Assembly (NCBI RefSeq): GCF_006345805.1
Contig: NC_042997.1
Coordinates: 58,590,001-58,654,000 of the forward strand
DNA: 64,000 nucleotides
Direction of reading: 5' to 3'
DNA from: Octopus sinensis
Taxonomy: Eukaryota
Part shown: positions 1-12,499 of the stretch, in pieces
Numbering within the stretch: the first letter of the stretch is position 1
Layout of the letters: every line of letters starts with the position of its first letter
Translations under genes and position numbers: made by a program
Notes under the pieces: model-generated
Databases searched by the model: none
What the model saw: only the letters and a program-made list of their open reading frames with translations
What the model was told of the DNA's origin: nothing

Positions 1-587
1 GTTATAAGTGATTAATCTAATACAGACTCTTCTACTGAGTCTCTATTCTCTATTGTATTTGAAGGTCCGAATTGTTCGTCTGGCCTCACTTTCCTCGAGG
101 GCCTACTATTTCCCCATTTTCACTTTCGTTTTTTAATTTATTTATGTGCTATACTCCTTTCATGCAACTCAGTTTTCTCTTTAAAACACGCAAGTTCTTT
201 ACCTATGGGATTTTAACTGCAGGCACTATTATCTATTCAGAAAAATTGTACGAAGTAAAACAAAACTGCAACCGATTGGCAATGTTACTACTCATAAATG
301 GCGACCAATGGAAGGACTCTAACCAAGAAAATAGCATTCTTCAAAAGTCTATATTACGCGTAATGAGTTTTGGCTCTGGCACCCCGAAGGTACAAGAACA
401 AGAATCGCTATCTTTAATATCTGAAGTGTCTTAAGAAAAATGTTCTAAATTTTGGAATATCTTATAAGTTTTTTTTTTAAATGATATTTTTAACAGTCAA
501 AATTTTTAGCCACCAGTTGTTTTATTCTCTACTTTAAAATATCAGAGTTTCTAATTGATCATCTGGTGCGTATACACATATAAATAT

Positions 588-781
588 TGATTTCAAATTT
601 TGGCACAAAGCCAGCAATTTCGGAGAGAGGTAAGTCGATAACATCGACCCCAGTGCTCAAATGGTACCTATTTTATCGACCCTGAAGGGATGAAAGGTAA
701 AGTTGACTCGACGGAATTTAAAGTCATAACGTAAAGACGGACGAAATGCCGCTAAGCATTGTTTACGGTATGCTAATGATT
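588..781 (-). mobile_element. tRNA-derived SINE, family A (octopus OK-like), decayed
   Basis: Reverse complement carries B-box-like head and GTCAACTTTACCTTTCATCCCTTCAGGGTCGATAAAATAGGTACC central domain shared with copies at 9.5, 34.6, 36.7 and 63.7 kb. Confidence 0.85.
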
Positions 782-1329
782 CACACATATAAATATTGAA
801 AAATCAGAAATGCAATATAAACAATAAAGAAAGTTAAATGCAGTTTGTAGCCCATGTATATCGGTATGGCAAATATCAAAAAGCACAGTGACTCGAATCG
901 CATAAAGTACTGAAGGGTAAAGATAATATTCCTTCGAAAAAATTTGCCAGTGCAGTCAGACACCCAAACACACACATAAACACACATGCTAGGAATTTGA
1001 AACAAATTTGCACTTGAAACAAATCTAATATTGAATTTTAAAATGGTGAACGGTGCTGACAAACATCCTGGTGGAGAACATCTACGAATGCAATAAGTTA
1101 GCTATTAATGCAATGAGTTAGCCATGGTTCTTACAGGACAAAAACATGGTGAAGCATTCCCAAGTAAAGTCTAGACAATACATTTCAAAGGATAACGGAG
1201 AGGCCTCTATGTTTATGGTCCACAAGAAAAAACAAAGATTATAGTAAAGAAGCTATGGTATAATTAAGTAAATTATTTATGTCGCTTATTCTACATTAAC
1301 GTTCATTCTGGGTAACGCAGGATACGTAC

Positions 1330-1386
<57 letters not shown>

Positions 1387-1429
1387 TATTGATAGGAATA
1401 TCGCCAATAATAATAAATGCAATCACTCG

Positions 1430-1950
1430 TTGAATTTGGGATTGGATAGTAAAAATAATTGTAACACTATTAATGGGAACATAGTTACAGAAATTTTGGC
1501 CAATGTTAGATTACCCCAACCTGTTGATAACTGTAATTTCAGAAACAGGAATCAATGTGTGTTTGGTAATCAATGCCTCAAGAGAGAGGCAGTTTATCAA
1601 TGCACTGTGGGTACACAATATAGCAGTAGGGTATACATCGGAGCAACTATGAATAGCATGAAACATAGACTTAATTATCATAGATATACTTTTAGAAATA
1701 AAAATAGGATGTACGCTACGGGTTAAGTACGTATATTTGGGAACTCAAAAGTAAGAACATAGATTTTAAATTAAATTGGAAAATACTAACTTCTGCACCT
1801 GTATATAATAGTAAAAATAAAAAATGCTCTCTATGTATTAATGACATTTTTTTCATCATCAAAGCTGGTATGCTTATTGTTAATAATATTAATGAGCGGA
1901 ATTTTTTTTGCATTCATAAACTACCGTACACTTTCTCTAGATTTAAATAG
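1430..1950 (+). pseudogene. Penelope-like GIY-YIG endonuclease C-terminal domain, frameshifted near 1723
   Basis: NCNFRNRNQCVFGNQCL..AVYQCTV..VYIGAT..KHRLNYH, then after a 1-nt shift LSTYIWELK..NWKIL..YNSKNKKCSLC..NINE..FCIHK*; matches the Cys-rich PLE GIY-YIG pattern. Confidence 0.9.
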
Positions 1951-2329
1951 AACTTAGCTTTTCTACTAGTAATATTTTAACTTTCCTCTACATCTGATTG
2001 TACTAGTGGTCTTTACAATTTGAAACATACAACTTGTAAATTTATAATCTTGTAGCTACACATATATATAAATATATGTTCTGTATTGATTGTTTTTTGT
2101 TTTTTGTCCTGGCTTATAAGGGAAATACACTGGGATATGAATATATATATTTTGGTATATACACAGCAATATGATATTCATGGGGATTTCCAAAATTGTT
2201 GAGTGTGTATGAGTACCATAGTTCGGGAAGCTGGTTTTAGATACTGTAATACTAATATGTAATATGTAATAAATGCGAGTCTATATTGAATGTACATTGT
2301 TTGTTTTGGATGAGTATATGGGTTTTTGC

Positions 2330-2770
2330 AGGTATTTATTTGGCAGTCTTATATATTGTATATTTAGTGTATCTTTGTACTCATCTTAATTTGTATCTTA
2401 TGTTATTTATTAATAAATCTATTCATTTACTTATATTTGGCTTTATACATATTAGCAGTCTTATATATTTAGATTATATTTGTACTCATCTTGATTTGTA
2501 CTTTATGTTATTTCTCTATTTATTTATTCATTTATCTATATGTAAATATTTACATAATAGCAGCCTGTATACTAAGTTTATCTATGTACTCATTTTAATG
2601 TATATTTTTTATTTTATTTTATGTTATTTATCTATTTATCTATTCATTTATGTATATGTGGATATATACATATTAGCAGTATTATATATTAAGTTTACCT
2701 TTGTATTTATCTTAATTTGTATTCTATGGTATTTATCTATTTATTTATTCATTTATTTATTTATATGTAG
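2330..2770. repeat. Degenerate ~110-bp tandem repeat, about 4 units
   Basis: Recurring TAGCAGTCTTATATATT...TTTGTACTCATCTTAATTTGTA near 2342, 2453, 2558 and 2674. Confidence 0.7.
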
Positions 2771-4360
2771 ATATATACATACATATCCATTATTTATTAA
2801 AATATATATATATGTATACAAGCTTTTACTTATATTTTCATTTTAATTTTAATTACTTCATCTTATTTTATTTTATTACATTTTAATTTTAAGTAATAAC
2901 AATTATTAACTTATAATTAATTTAATTTACAATTATTTACTTATATACTATTTATTGGTAAGTCCTGTTAATTACTATATATGTATTTATGCGTCCACTG
3001 ATATTATTTAATGCTAAAACCTGTTAATTATTATATATGTATTTATGTGTCCACTGATACTTAAAAAATATATATATATAAGTACTAGGAATGTTTACAC
3101 GCACATCATATGTGAAAATATATGGTGTGTATGTATATGTTTGTTGTTACACATGAGTATACATATGGATATGTAGATGTGAGTGTAATTCTATTAGTTC
3201 GTTTATGAGGGTTTAAATAGGAATATAATAGTATTGTAATAATACTAGACTTCTTACGTAGTGATGTTATCTGTATAAGCTATAAGGAGTTATTTTGATT
3301 ATATATCTTAGAATATTAGCGTATTTTGACTTTTTACAATTAATTTCTTATAATTTAATTATTATAAACCTCTGTTAACTTAGTATATATATATTTTTAT
3401 GTCTTTTGATAGACAAACATAAACGGGTATTCTATATTTTATAATTTAGTGAATGTTTGAATGAAACATAGCGGTAAAGTTGCGGGCATTTTTAGTTCTA
3501 AAATATTTTGTTTACGAGAAATATGGTGTCACATGAATTATGTACCTTATGACAAATTACACTCTCCATCTGGATATAATTATATGTATGATTGCATTTA
3601 CGGATTTATGGACATATGTGAGTGGATCTGTTTGTAAATACTTAGTTAATACCACCGCCATGGTGCCATCCGGGGCGGGTGGATGTCTGCATGCATGTAT
3701 GTGCAATCGGTTGAGTTCCTCAGTTTGCATGTGTATAGTTGGGATAGTACCTCTTATGTTATTTATTTATTTATTTATTTATGATTTGGTTGTGTATGTG
3801 GGTATGTCTGTGTGTATGTATATATGTGTGTGGGTGTGGGTATGTGTGTATACATATAACCATGTATGTATGTGCGCACGCTTTGTGGATGTGCGTGCGC
3901 GTGTGTATGTTTCCTAGCTAACTAACCGTAAAATTTCTATTGTAATCCAAATTTAAAAGTATAGGCCAATCGAATCCATCTGTGAAAATTAATACCATGC
4001 GGGCAGAGGAATTTGACTGATTGCGTATATATGCGGATGTCCGCTTGCATTGGATGGTACCGTCGTGGTGATATTAATTTTATTGACTTTTTGTGAAATG
4101 ACACATTTTAATATATTGGACTGTTTAATATATATGCCTGCTTTGAGTGTGAGTGTATCTGTTGTGGTTTCTTGATGTTGGTTGAGGAGCTGTGGAGTTC
4201 AATATGGAACATTATTGTGTTTGTTGATGTATATTGATCTATATTGTTTATATTGTATTATTGTGTATATATATATATGTAAGAATATGAGTGTGTATGC
4301 ACACATATTTATATTTATATGTAAATTTTTTAGGATTTGTACTCATACTTGCATTAAAAT

Positions 4361-4470
4361 CTCTGAAGAGGCCGTGAGATATTCTTGTTAATGTCTCATT
4401 TATACCTGCTTTATATGGCTAATAGGTTAAATGAGACATACCTGTCTTCACGGCCGAAACAGCTGTCAGC
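4361..4470 (+). ncRNA. Type I hammerhead ribozyme with extended stem II
   Basis: CUGAAGA 4363-4369; stem II GGCCGUGA/UCACGGCC; inner 12-bp helix 4391-4402/4428-4439; GAAA 4456-4459; palindromic stem III ACAGCUGU; GUC site at 4467; stem I only 2 bp. Confidence 0.8.
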
Positions 4471-4631
4471 TACAATGTAAATGTATTTCTATTTCTATTT
4501 CTATGTCTTGTTATATTTGTACTATATTAATGTATAATATCATTGCTATTGTGTAGTGGTTTAATAAAGTATCGATTGGGTATTATCTGATAGTTGATGA
4601 TTGATTTAGATATATTTCTCCATTTTCTCAT

Positions 4632-4682
<51 letters not shown>

Positions 4683-4918
4683 GTTAATCCAAACAAGAAA
4701 ACACAGAAAAAAACACAGCAACGCGAGGACATGGAACAATTAAAGTATTATTTGACGCTCAGGAAAGAAAGGAAGGAGGATTTAACGTTTCGAGCGGAGC
4801 TCTTCGTCGGAAACAAAGGAGAAGGAAAGATCCCGAGAAGGGATGACAGAGGAAAAAAATATTTTTGCTGGTGGTGCTCAGAGATCACATGTTGAAAGAA
4901 CAGAAGTTGAAAGGTAGA

Positions 4919-4920
<2 letters not shown>
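4683..4920 (-). mobile_element. Short Penelope-type terminal repeat fragment with degenerate minimal hammerhead
   Basis: Minus strand CCGACGA-A-GAGC-UCC-GCUC-GAAACGUU; homologous to 35553-35690 and 59686-59860; flanked by (TA)n. Confidence 0.6.
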
Positions 4921-4999
<79 letters not shown>

Positions 5000-5029
5000 A
5001 TATGTGTGTGTATACATATATATTACCTG

Positions 5030-5580
5030 AAAATGTAATCAGGGTATCATCTACCGATGAGACATACTGTTGTATCTAGGACACTGTAAAACGAGATCCG
5101 TCGGAAGGATAAGCCCCAAGGATAAAGAAATAAGAACCTACAGTATGGTGGAAGCCATAGCCACTCATAATAAAAAGGAGTACTGGCGGGATGTCCTAGT
5201 GAAAACCTCAATAAAATGTAAATACAATAGACCTGACATAATGATTTGGGATAAAGAAGAGAAACTGTGTACAGTTGTGGAAATCAGTTGCCCAGTGGAT
5301 GTTAACATAAAGTTAAAGATCAGCAAAAATATACCTACACTGAACTATTGAGTAATTGGCAGTTACTCTATCTAGATTGTAAGTTCAGGTCGCTTATTCT
5401 ACATTAACGTAATTATTGGGGCACTGGGATAGGTAACACACTGCCTAAATACCAATCTTGAGAAATCAGGCTTTTCAAAACCAGAAAGGAGAAAGCTGAT
5501 TCGAAGACCACAGATCCAATCCATCACTGGAGCTGTAAAAATCTGAAAAATTTTCCAGAAGTTTATCATTTAAATTTATA
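5030..5580 (+). mobile_element. RLE-type non-LTR retrotransposon, C-terminal fragment, decayed
   Basis: YWRDVLVKTSIKCKYNRPDIMIWDKEEKLCTVVEISCPVD and downstream IIGALG: PD-(D/E)xK restriction-like endonuclease. Confidence 0.85.
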
Positions 5581-6565
5581 TGCAACTGTATGCATGAGAG
5601 TACATACATAAAACATAACATACAAATCTGCACACATACATACATACATACATACATACATACATACATACATACATACATACATACATACATACATACA
5701 TACATACATACATACAAGTATATGTAAAAATATGTAAGACTTTTCTCAAGTTCCAAATGTGAATTTATCTGTGTTAACTACAGCCCCAAAACGGAGCCTT
5801 GTATCTTTGTTGGAAACTGGCTTCCTCCTCAGTGGAAGATTTATAATAATTAAGATATAGAAGAGACATGTTTACATACATACAAAAATACCCTGTTGAA
5901 GTTGTAAAAATTCCAATGAATTCCATATTGGTTAGAAACCGGCTCTTTCTCCATTGGCAAGAAATCTTGAAATAAAACTAAATAACATACATTCATACAT
6001 ACATACATACATACATACATACATACATACATACATGCATACATGCATACATACATGCATACATGCATACATGCATACATACATACATACATACACAGCA
6101 TTCGTTCTTTTTGAAGAAGACTAAGATTTCTATCCAGCCAACGAGAGAAGATGCAGCGCGCAGGTGACCAAAAAACCCCCCATTATTCCTGTCTATATTT
6201 CTCCTTCCGTGCGTTTGCAACTATAGGAATGGCAGTGTTTCATCGTCACGGACACGCATGATGTCCCACTGTTGCACTGAACTTAGATGAGAGTAAAGGA
6301 GAGTTTTGCCGGACGACTAACCTCAAGCTGTCGTCCCTGACTTCCGAGAAAAAAGACAACACCGCCAAGAAGACTGAGGATATATTTGGGATACTGTGTA
6401 TTGATGCGAATGATACATGCGTTTCACCGTGCTCTGAGTTACTCGTCCCACAGTATCATTGCTGGATATCATCTCTTTGCACTTAAACACTTTGAAATAG
6501 GAACATTTGTGGTTGGGTCTCTTTCGCATATTTCGCCTATAAACCCAGTACTCGTATGCACCTTT

Positions 6566-6656
<91 letters not shown>

Positions 6657-8832
6657 TACACATTGAAAAGTGGTTTGAGGTTGCTGTACAGTTTATGTTG
6701 TATAAACAAGAAAAAATTGGGTAACAATGCACAGTAACAAGAGAATTTTTATATTTTAGGCAAAGACAAAAGCAAGTGTAAAATTTCATTTAAATATTTC
6801 CTTTAAATATATTAGAGCTTTTTAATTTACACACGTACACAAACACACTCTCATACACGCACGCATGTACGCACGGATGCATGCACACACATTTACCATC
6901 AGTATAATGTATTACAATTATTTATGATATTTGTTTACCATCATTTTAGTTTTGTTGGTGGATGCAAATCTGGTTGAAATATAAGTTGAAATATAAATGC
7001 ATAAATGAAATACTGTATCATTGCCAATAATTGATATGTTCGTAAACAGAATGTGTTTGATATATAAATTGGCCTATCCAATTGTATTACACCGCTAAAC
7101 TTAATGAGTATTTAAGCAATGTAATCGTGGATAGTTTATGCGTTGGATGTGGTGATGATGAAAGAGCAATAACTCTTGAAATCTGCATGTACACCCATTA
7201 CTTACTTTACTATCTTCGATCGCATTGTTTACATAGACGTATTCATATACGAAATGTTGTAACTTGCAATACTAGGTCTGACTTCTATAGGAAATCTAAT
7301 TGAAATAAACTGAAAAGGTTAACATTAAAGTGTGGCGTGTTTCAAATGTCTGATCGATAATGCTTAGAACGCGGACATTTCCAGCAGGATATCTGTGTAC
7401 TGTGAAAAGCATTTTATCTAAAGAAAACCTTGAATCAAACTCTTAAATCAGTTGGTATTGTTTATGACTAGCGGTGCGTATGGACATAGATAAGGTCGGA
7501 AAGAACACTAAAGTTACGCTCACTGTTTTGACGTTGTCAACTTCACAATGAGTACGACAGTTAATTGCAAATAATTGTCGTTAAATCACACACTGCCCAC
7601 AGCTGCTGGCACCTATGAATAATGGATGATACTACATATAAATCAATTTGCCAATCAGCTAACCTTTGTAAAACAGCAATTCATTGCTGTAGACGTAATG
7701 GACTCAAAATTTATCCCTTAAAAGACTACATTTACATGAAATAATATATGATGATTATTACAAATAATTATCCTAACTGTATTTTATTGACGTTTTAAGA
7801 AGAAAATCAAAACAAGCACGACTTAAAAACTGATAAAACTTCGAGCTGTTACTTGAATACAAATAAGGTTCCTTTATCTACGACATTTTAGCAGTGACAC
7901 TGGTCATTATGCCTTCATAAAAAAGTCTAAGTATGCATATTCTAATATTTAAATGCGTACACGTGTACATGCGTACGTGCACATACATAAACACATAGCA
8001 TTAATGATTTATCACGTGCAAATCAGAAGAACTGGCATAAATTTAAATTATATAAAATATCAATGTGAATGAACTAAGACTGTGAACTCCTCTTCCTTGC
8101 TACTGGTATGCAGAAAAGAAGGTGGAGAAAGTTTCTTGGTAGGCCTTTTACGGTTTGCTAATCGCTCCTCAGCGAACACATAAACGGTCCCCTTCCTCAG
8201 TCAACAGCACAGGTCAGCTACTATACAAAGCAGTCATAAATTATCCTAACGCATTAGTGGATAGCCAAATCGGAAAATTTGTGCTAGCTCAATTTACAAG
8301 TGCTTTATACAATAGCTGATCTGTGCTGTTAATAGGGGAAGGAAGTCCGGAAACGTTTTGTCTAGGGAGCGTTCAACAAGCCATGAAACTGATTGGCAAG
8401 AAGTTCCTTTTTCCCTTTTTGATGCACATCAGTAGTCTAGAATGAATGTTTACATTCTTAGTTCACTCACAGTGAGGTTTTGCAATATTTAAATTTATTT
8501 CAGTTTACATTTCTGATTTCTATCTGGGAGTTAGCATGGCATTTACTTTCGGAGTATCATTTACAAACGTGTACCGGCAAAAATTTACAAAAAGTAGGTT
8601 TTCCCGTACGCGTATATAAGTTTAAATACAAGTAAAATAGCCTCATTAAGGGATAAAACATATATCTAATGAATTACTGGTTTGTTGCCTATTATAATTT
8701 TTTTGTGAATAGTAATATTCCTAAAATAATAGGTTTAAGTATAATTCTTGGTTTATACACATTCAAATTAAAATCCAGAAAATGGAGATGTAGCATTAAT
8801 ATAATTTGTTAACTACAAAAATTCAACATGTT

Positions 8833-8913
8833 CTCTTATAGATGTTTCGATTTTGCCCAAAGAATTAAATTCCAGTAATTAAAACATTTTATTGGGTAAA
8901 ATCTCGTCAGAGG
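8833..8913 (-). ncRNA. Long-stem-II hammerhead, degenerate copy
   Basis: CUGACGA-GAUUUU..CCCA/UGGG..AAAAUC-GAAA; stem III mutated (CAUCUAUA). Confidence 0.6.
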
Positions 8914-9545
8914 AGTAGAAAAGACAAACCGTTGGGTTATTAGACGTTATTCTTCCAAAACATCCCAACAGACTGAATACCATTTAATTACTAATATTGG
9001 TATAAACCTTGACCAGAGGATAATGAGTTATATTAGGGTAATAATTGGTAAATAAAGGTTAGATAGTGAGTTACAGTAAATACTTGTATCATATGAATGA
9101 GATAATAAATAAGTGAATATTTTTATAATTTGTTTAAAAAATTGATGGAATTAATATGAAAAATAGCTGAAGTATAAATAATCATAGTTAGAAAGGACCT
9201 GCGTCTTATTATATATACAGTGCACATACACAGAGATGTATATGTATGTATATACATACATATATACACACATATGCACGCATTCACATTCAAGATATAC
9301 ACTTCTAGGTAATAATGTATACGTATAAGTAACAATATGTGCATATATGTAAAAATACATACGCATAGATTACGCGTACATAAACAGTGGGTACAAATAT
9401 GTATGTATGAAGTACGCTCACGTGAAAAATTTTTTATATGTGCATATACATACACCTACGCACATACGCATTCGTATATCAACACGTATACTTAAGCATT
9501 AATACATAATTAAAAAAATACAATTGTATGTAACACATTTTTCTA

Positions 9546-9716
9546 TAGCGGTATTTCGTCTGTCTTTATGTTCTGAGTTCAAATTTCGCTGAGGTCGACT
9601 TTGCTTTTCATCCTTTCGGGGTGGATAAATTAAATGCCAGTTGCATACTGGGTTCGATATAATCGACTAGCCCCTTCCCCAACAATTTCGAGCCATATGC
9701 CTAGAGTAGAAAAGAA
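9546..9716 (+). mobile_element. SINE family A, 5'-truncated
   Basis: GAGTTCAAATTTC B-box followed by GTCGACTTTGCTTTTCATCCTTTCGGGGT. Confidence 0.85.
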
Positions 9717-10019
9717 TATATTTATTTGACTTAAAGTGCACATAAGTTTTATTAGATGTTTGATTAACATTATAGTATTTATTGTAAATTAAATTATTAT
9801 TTTGTTTTATTTTAGGTTAATTATTTAACATAGTGTTATTTATACCATTTTGGTGGTTAGTGGTATTAATTTTGCTTTCAGTAATCTTCTGTTTATTATT
9901 AATATATATTTCATGCTTTTATGTGTTCTGATTTTTAGTTTTATGCTTATTATTTGTTTTCCAGTTTTGTTTTTTGCATGTATCTAATTATGTTCATATT
10001 ATTAATAATATTATATTTA

Positions 10020-10385
10020 CAATATTTTATTTTATATTTATATCCAGCGTTAAATAACGCTATATTATAGGGGTGTGAATGTTTATTAAATACATCTTTA
10101 TTGGAAGATAGAGATTTTATTCTTTCATAAATATTATAGACTAGTGCTTTTTTTTATCGATTTCGAGGGTTGCTTTGAAAATTTATATATTTTAAGATGG
10201 GATTGGGTTTTCCAAAAGGATCTTGTAAGTCAGTTGCTAAATTGAAGTTAACATCCAGAAGATTTATTGAGCTTTTATCTCTATCGGTAGTAATAGAAAA
10301 ACCATATCTTTTGAAGAATTTGTATAATGGTTTTTTAAAAATTATTTCTAGTCGTCTATTAGAAGCATTTAAAAAATTGTCATGT
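10020..10385 (-). pseudogene. Penelope-like reverse transcriptase palm-thumb fragment
   Basis: Manual translation FFKRYGFSITTD..INLLDVNFNL..PFGKPNPILKYINFQSN..*..IKSLSSNKDVF..YNIALFNAGY matches the PLE FLDV..KP..SNHP..LSS..AL..GY pattern. Confidence 0.85.
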
Positions 10386-10490
10386 ATGATCCTCCACGGT
10401 TTATACCAATATTAGTAATTGAATGATATTCAATCTATTGAAATGTTTAGGAAAAATGACATCTAATAACCTAACGGTAAATCTTTTCAA

Positions 10491-10572
10491 CTCTCTGACG
10501 AGATTTAGCCCGATAAAATGTTTTAATTACTGGAATTTAATTCTTTGAGCAAAATCGAAACAGCTGTAAGAG
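10491..10572 (+). ncRNA. Type I hammerhead ribozyme with extended stem II, intact core
   Basis: Stem I CUCU/AGAG; CUGACGA 10495-10501; stem II GAUUU/AAAUC; GAAA 10557-10560; palindromic ACAGCUGU; GUA site at 10568. Confidence 0.8.
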
Positions 10573-10627
10573 AACATGTTGAATTTTTGTAGTAATAAAC
10601 TATATTAATGCTACAGCTCCATTTTCC

Positions 10628-10684
<57 letters not shown>

Positions 10685-10685
10685 G

Positions 10686-10716
<31 letters not shown>

Positions 10717-10727
10717 TGTGTGTGTAT

Positions 10728-11040
10728 GTATCACGGGTTGAACACAAAGAACACAACAAGGAGAAAAAGTTAGACGAGATCACAGTAACCGGGAAACTAG
10801 ACCAAAACTTAACGGACGAGAAATTTAGAATGTCTTATTTGTTTCTGTCTTAGTATACATTCGCTAGCTTTTCCCTAGTAACCTAATGACAGCACTCGCA
10901 CCTCCAAACTTGAGTGGTCTCAACGGTAATGGCGCGAAACTCAGCTGCGAATATTCTGTGTATCGTCTCTGCTTTCTTGTGTTCTTTCTGTTCTTGTGTT
11001 CTTTCTCCTTCTTGTGCTCTTTCTGTTCAACCCTTGATAC
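10728..11040. repeat. Fold-back cassette with ~39-bp inverted ends
   Basis: 10728-10766 is the reverse complement of 11002-11040 with few mismatches. Confidence 0.75.
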
Positions 11041-11059
11041 CTCCATGTAGAGCAACGTA

Positions 11060-11138
<79 letters not shown>

Positions 11139-11202
11139 TATATATATGTATATATATATATGTATATATATATATGTATATATATATATGTATATATATC
11201 GA

Positions 11203-11552
11203 TACAATGTATATCTAAACACATAAGAGATATCCGTCATAGGATTCCTTGTACGCTAGAAGGAACAACCAAAGTCCAAACCACGATTAGAGATTTGAAA
11301 ATTATAATGTATAAGAGGCACATGCTGGATTGCCTCGTACTTATATTTTTAATCTAGGCGTACCTGTTGATGAAAACTTCGCCGATCAAATTATCTTATC
11401 AGAAAGCATGGTCCAGGAGATAGATGGTAAATGTTTTTATTTTTCATTTCCTTCGAGTTTTTATCCCTAATAGTGGTTTGGACTTTAGCTGTTCCTTCTA
11501 GCGTGAAAGGAATCCTATGACGGATACTGATGTGTTTAAATGTACACTGTAT
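11203..11552. repeat. Fold-back cassette with ~88-bp inverted arms
   Basis: TCCGTCATAGGATTCCTT..CGCTAGAAGGAACA..AAAGTCCAAACCAC (within 11203-11291) is inverted within 11468-11552. Confidence 0.85.
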
Positions 11553-12499
11553 TTATATGAATAATATATAGTCTATTGACGAATTTTTCTACACGCTAGG
11601 CGACTGGTAGTAAAAAATTCTAAAATCTTTATTACTCTCATATTATTAATCATAAATATATACGCGTATGCATGTAGATGTGTGTGTGTATGAGTGTATG
11701 TGAGTATGTTTATATCGTGCGCATGTTTGTATATGTGAATTTAAAATAGGGAGATATTCGAGAGACCAGATTTCATCTACATGTAATTAAAGATTTCGCA
11801 TCTACCATTAAATATTCGATAAAGCAGACGACATTTATGTAAATATTTGAATAACATTTAACGACTTAATCAATGCCTTTTTCATCGATTAGGGTGTGAC
11901 TGACATTAATCAGTGTAACGATAATCAGTTGAAATGTTAAGTGTCGAAGCCTAATGAGAGTAAACGGAAATCACACGCCTGTATAGTCAAACGTATACAA
12001 GCAAAGGCACGCGTTCATGTAAAATATATATATATATATATATCTGTGTGTGTGTGTGTCTAAATGCGTACACAACTCATACATACACACAACACACACA
12101 CACGCACGCACACATACGCACACACACAAGAACATATGCACACGAGCACACTCACATATACACCTACGCGCGCGCGCGCACACTCACACACACATTCATA
12201 TATATATATATATACGTTTGCATAGAGGTGTAGTTAACAAATTTGCTTTACAGCTGCTTTAAATTTGCTGTACAGATTCGATTCGACTACTGCCACTTGA
12301 ATTTGACCGATATCTTGTGAGTGGAATTTGGAGGAAAGAAACTATGCAGAATCAGTCACACACAAACATACACACACGCAAGCACACACACACAACGCCC
12401 GCGCACACACAGATAAACACTCACACATACGCACACACTTACTGTCACACTCACATATGCGTTGTGTGTGTGTACACACACACATACATACACACACAT

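Larger units (their letters stand above)
1386..4635 (+). mobile_element. 5'-truncated Penelope-like element: GIY-YIG remnant, long AT-rich 3' region and hammerhead, bounded by (TA)n
   Basis: GIY-YIG fragment at 1430-1950 and hammerhead at 4361-4470 on the same strand; (TA)n tracts at both ends; continuity of the middle part is inferred. Confidence 0.65.
8774..10630 (-). mobile_element. Penelope-like element with inverted terminal (pseudo-LTR) repeats
   Basis: 8774-9010 is the reverse complement of 10393-10630; both copies contain the hammerhead; an RT fragment lies between them. Confidence 0.8.

Noticed and set aside
72-434. 120-aa ORF; faint PLE N-terminal-like text on the minus strand
   Set aside because: No diagnostic motif and many stops; cannot be supported.
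2330-3060. CRISPR-like array
   Set aside because: Degenerate tandem units without unique spacers, eukaryotic context, no cas genes.
5883-5950. CTGTTGA...GAAACCGGCTC as a hammerhead
   Set aside because: No stem II pairing; more likely LINE 3' UTR sequence.
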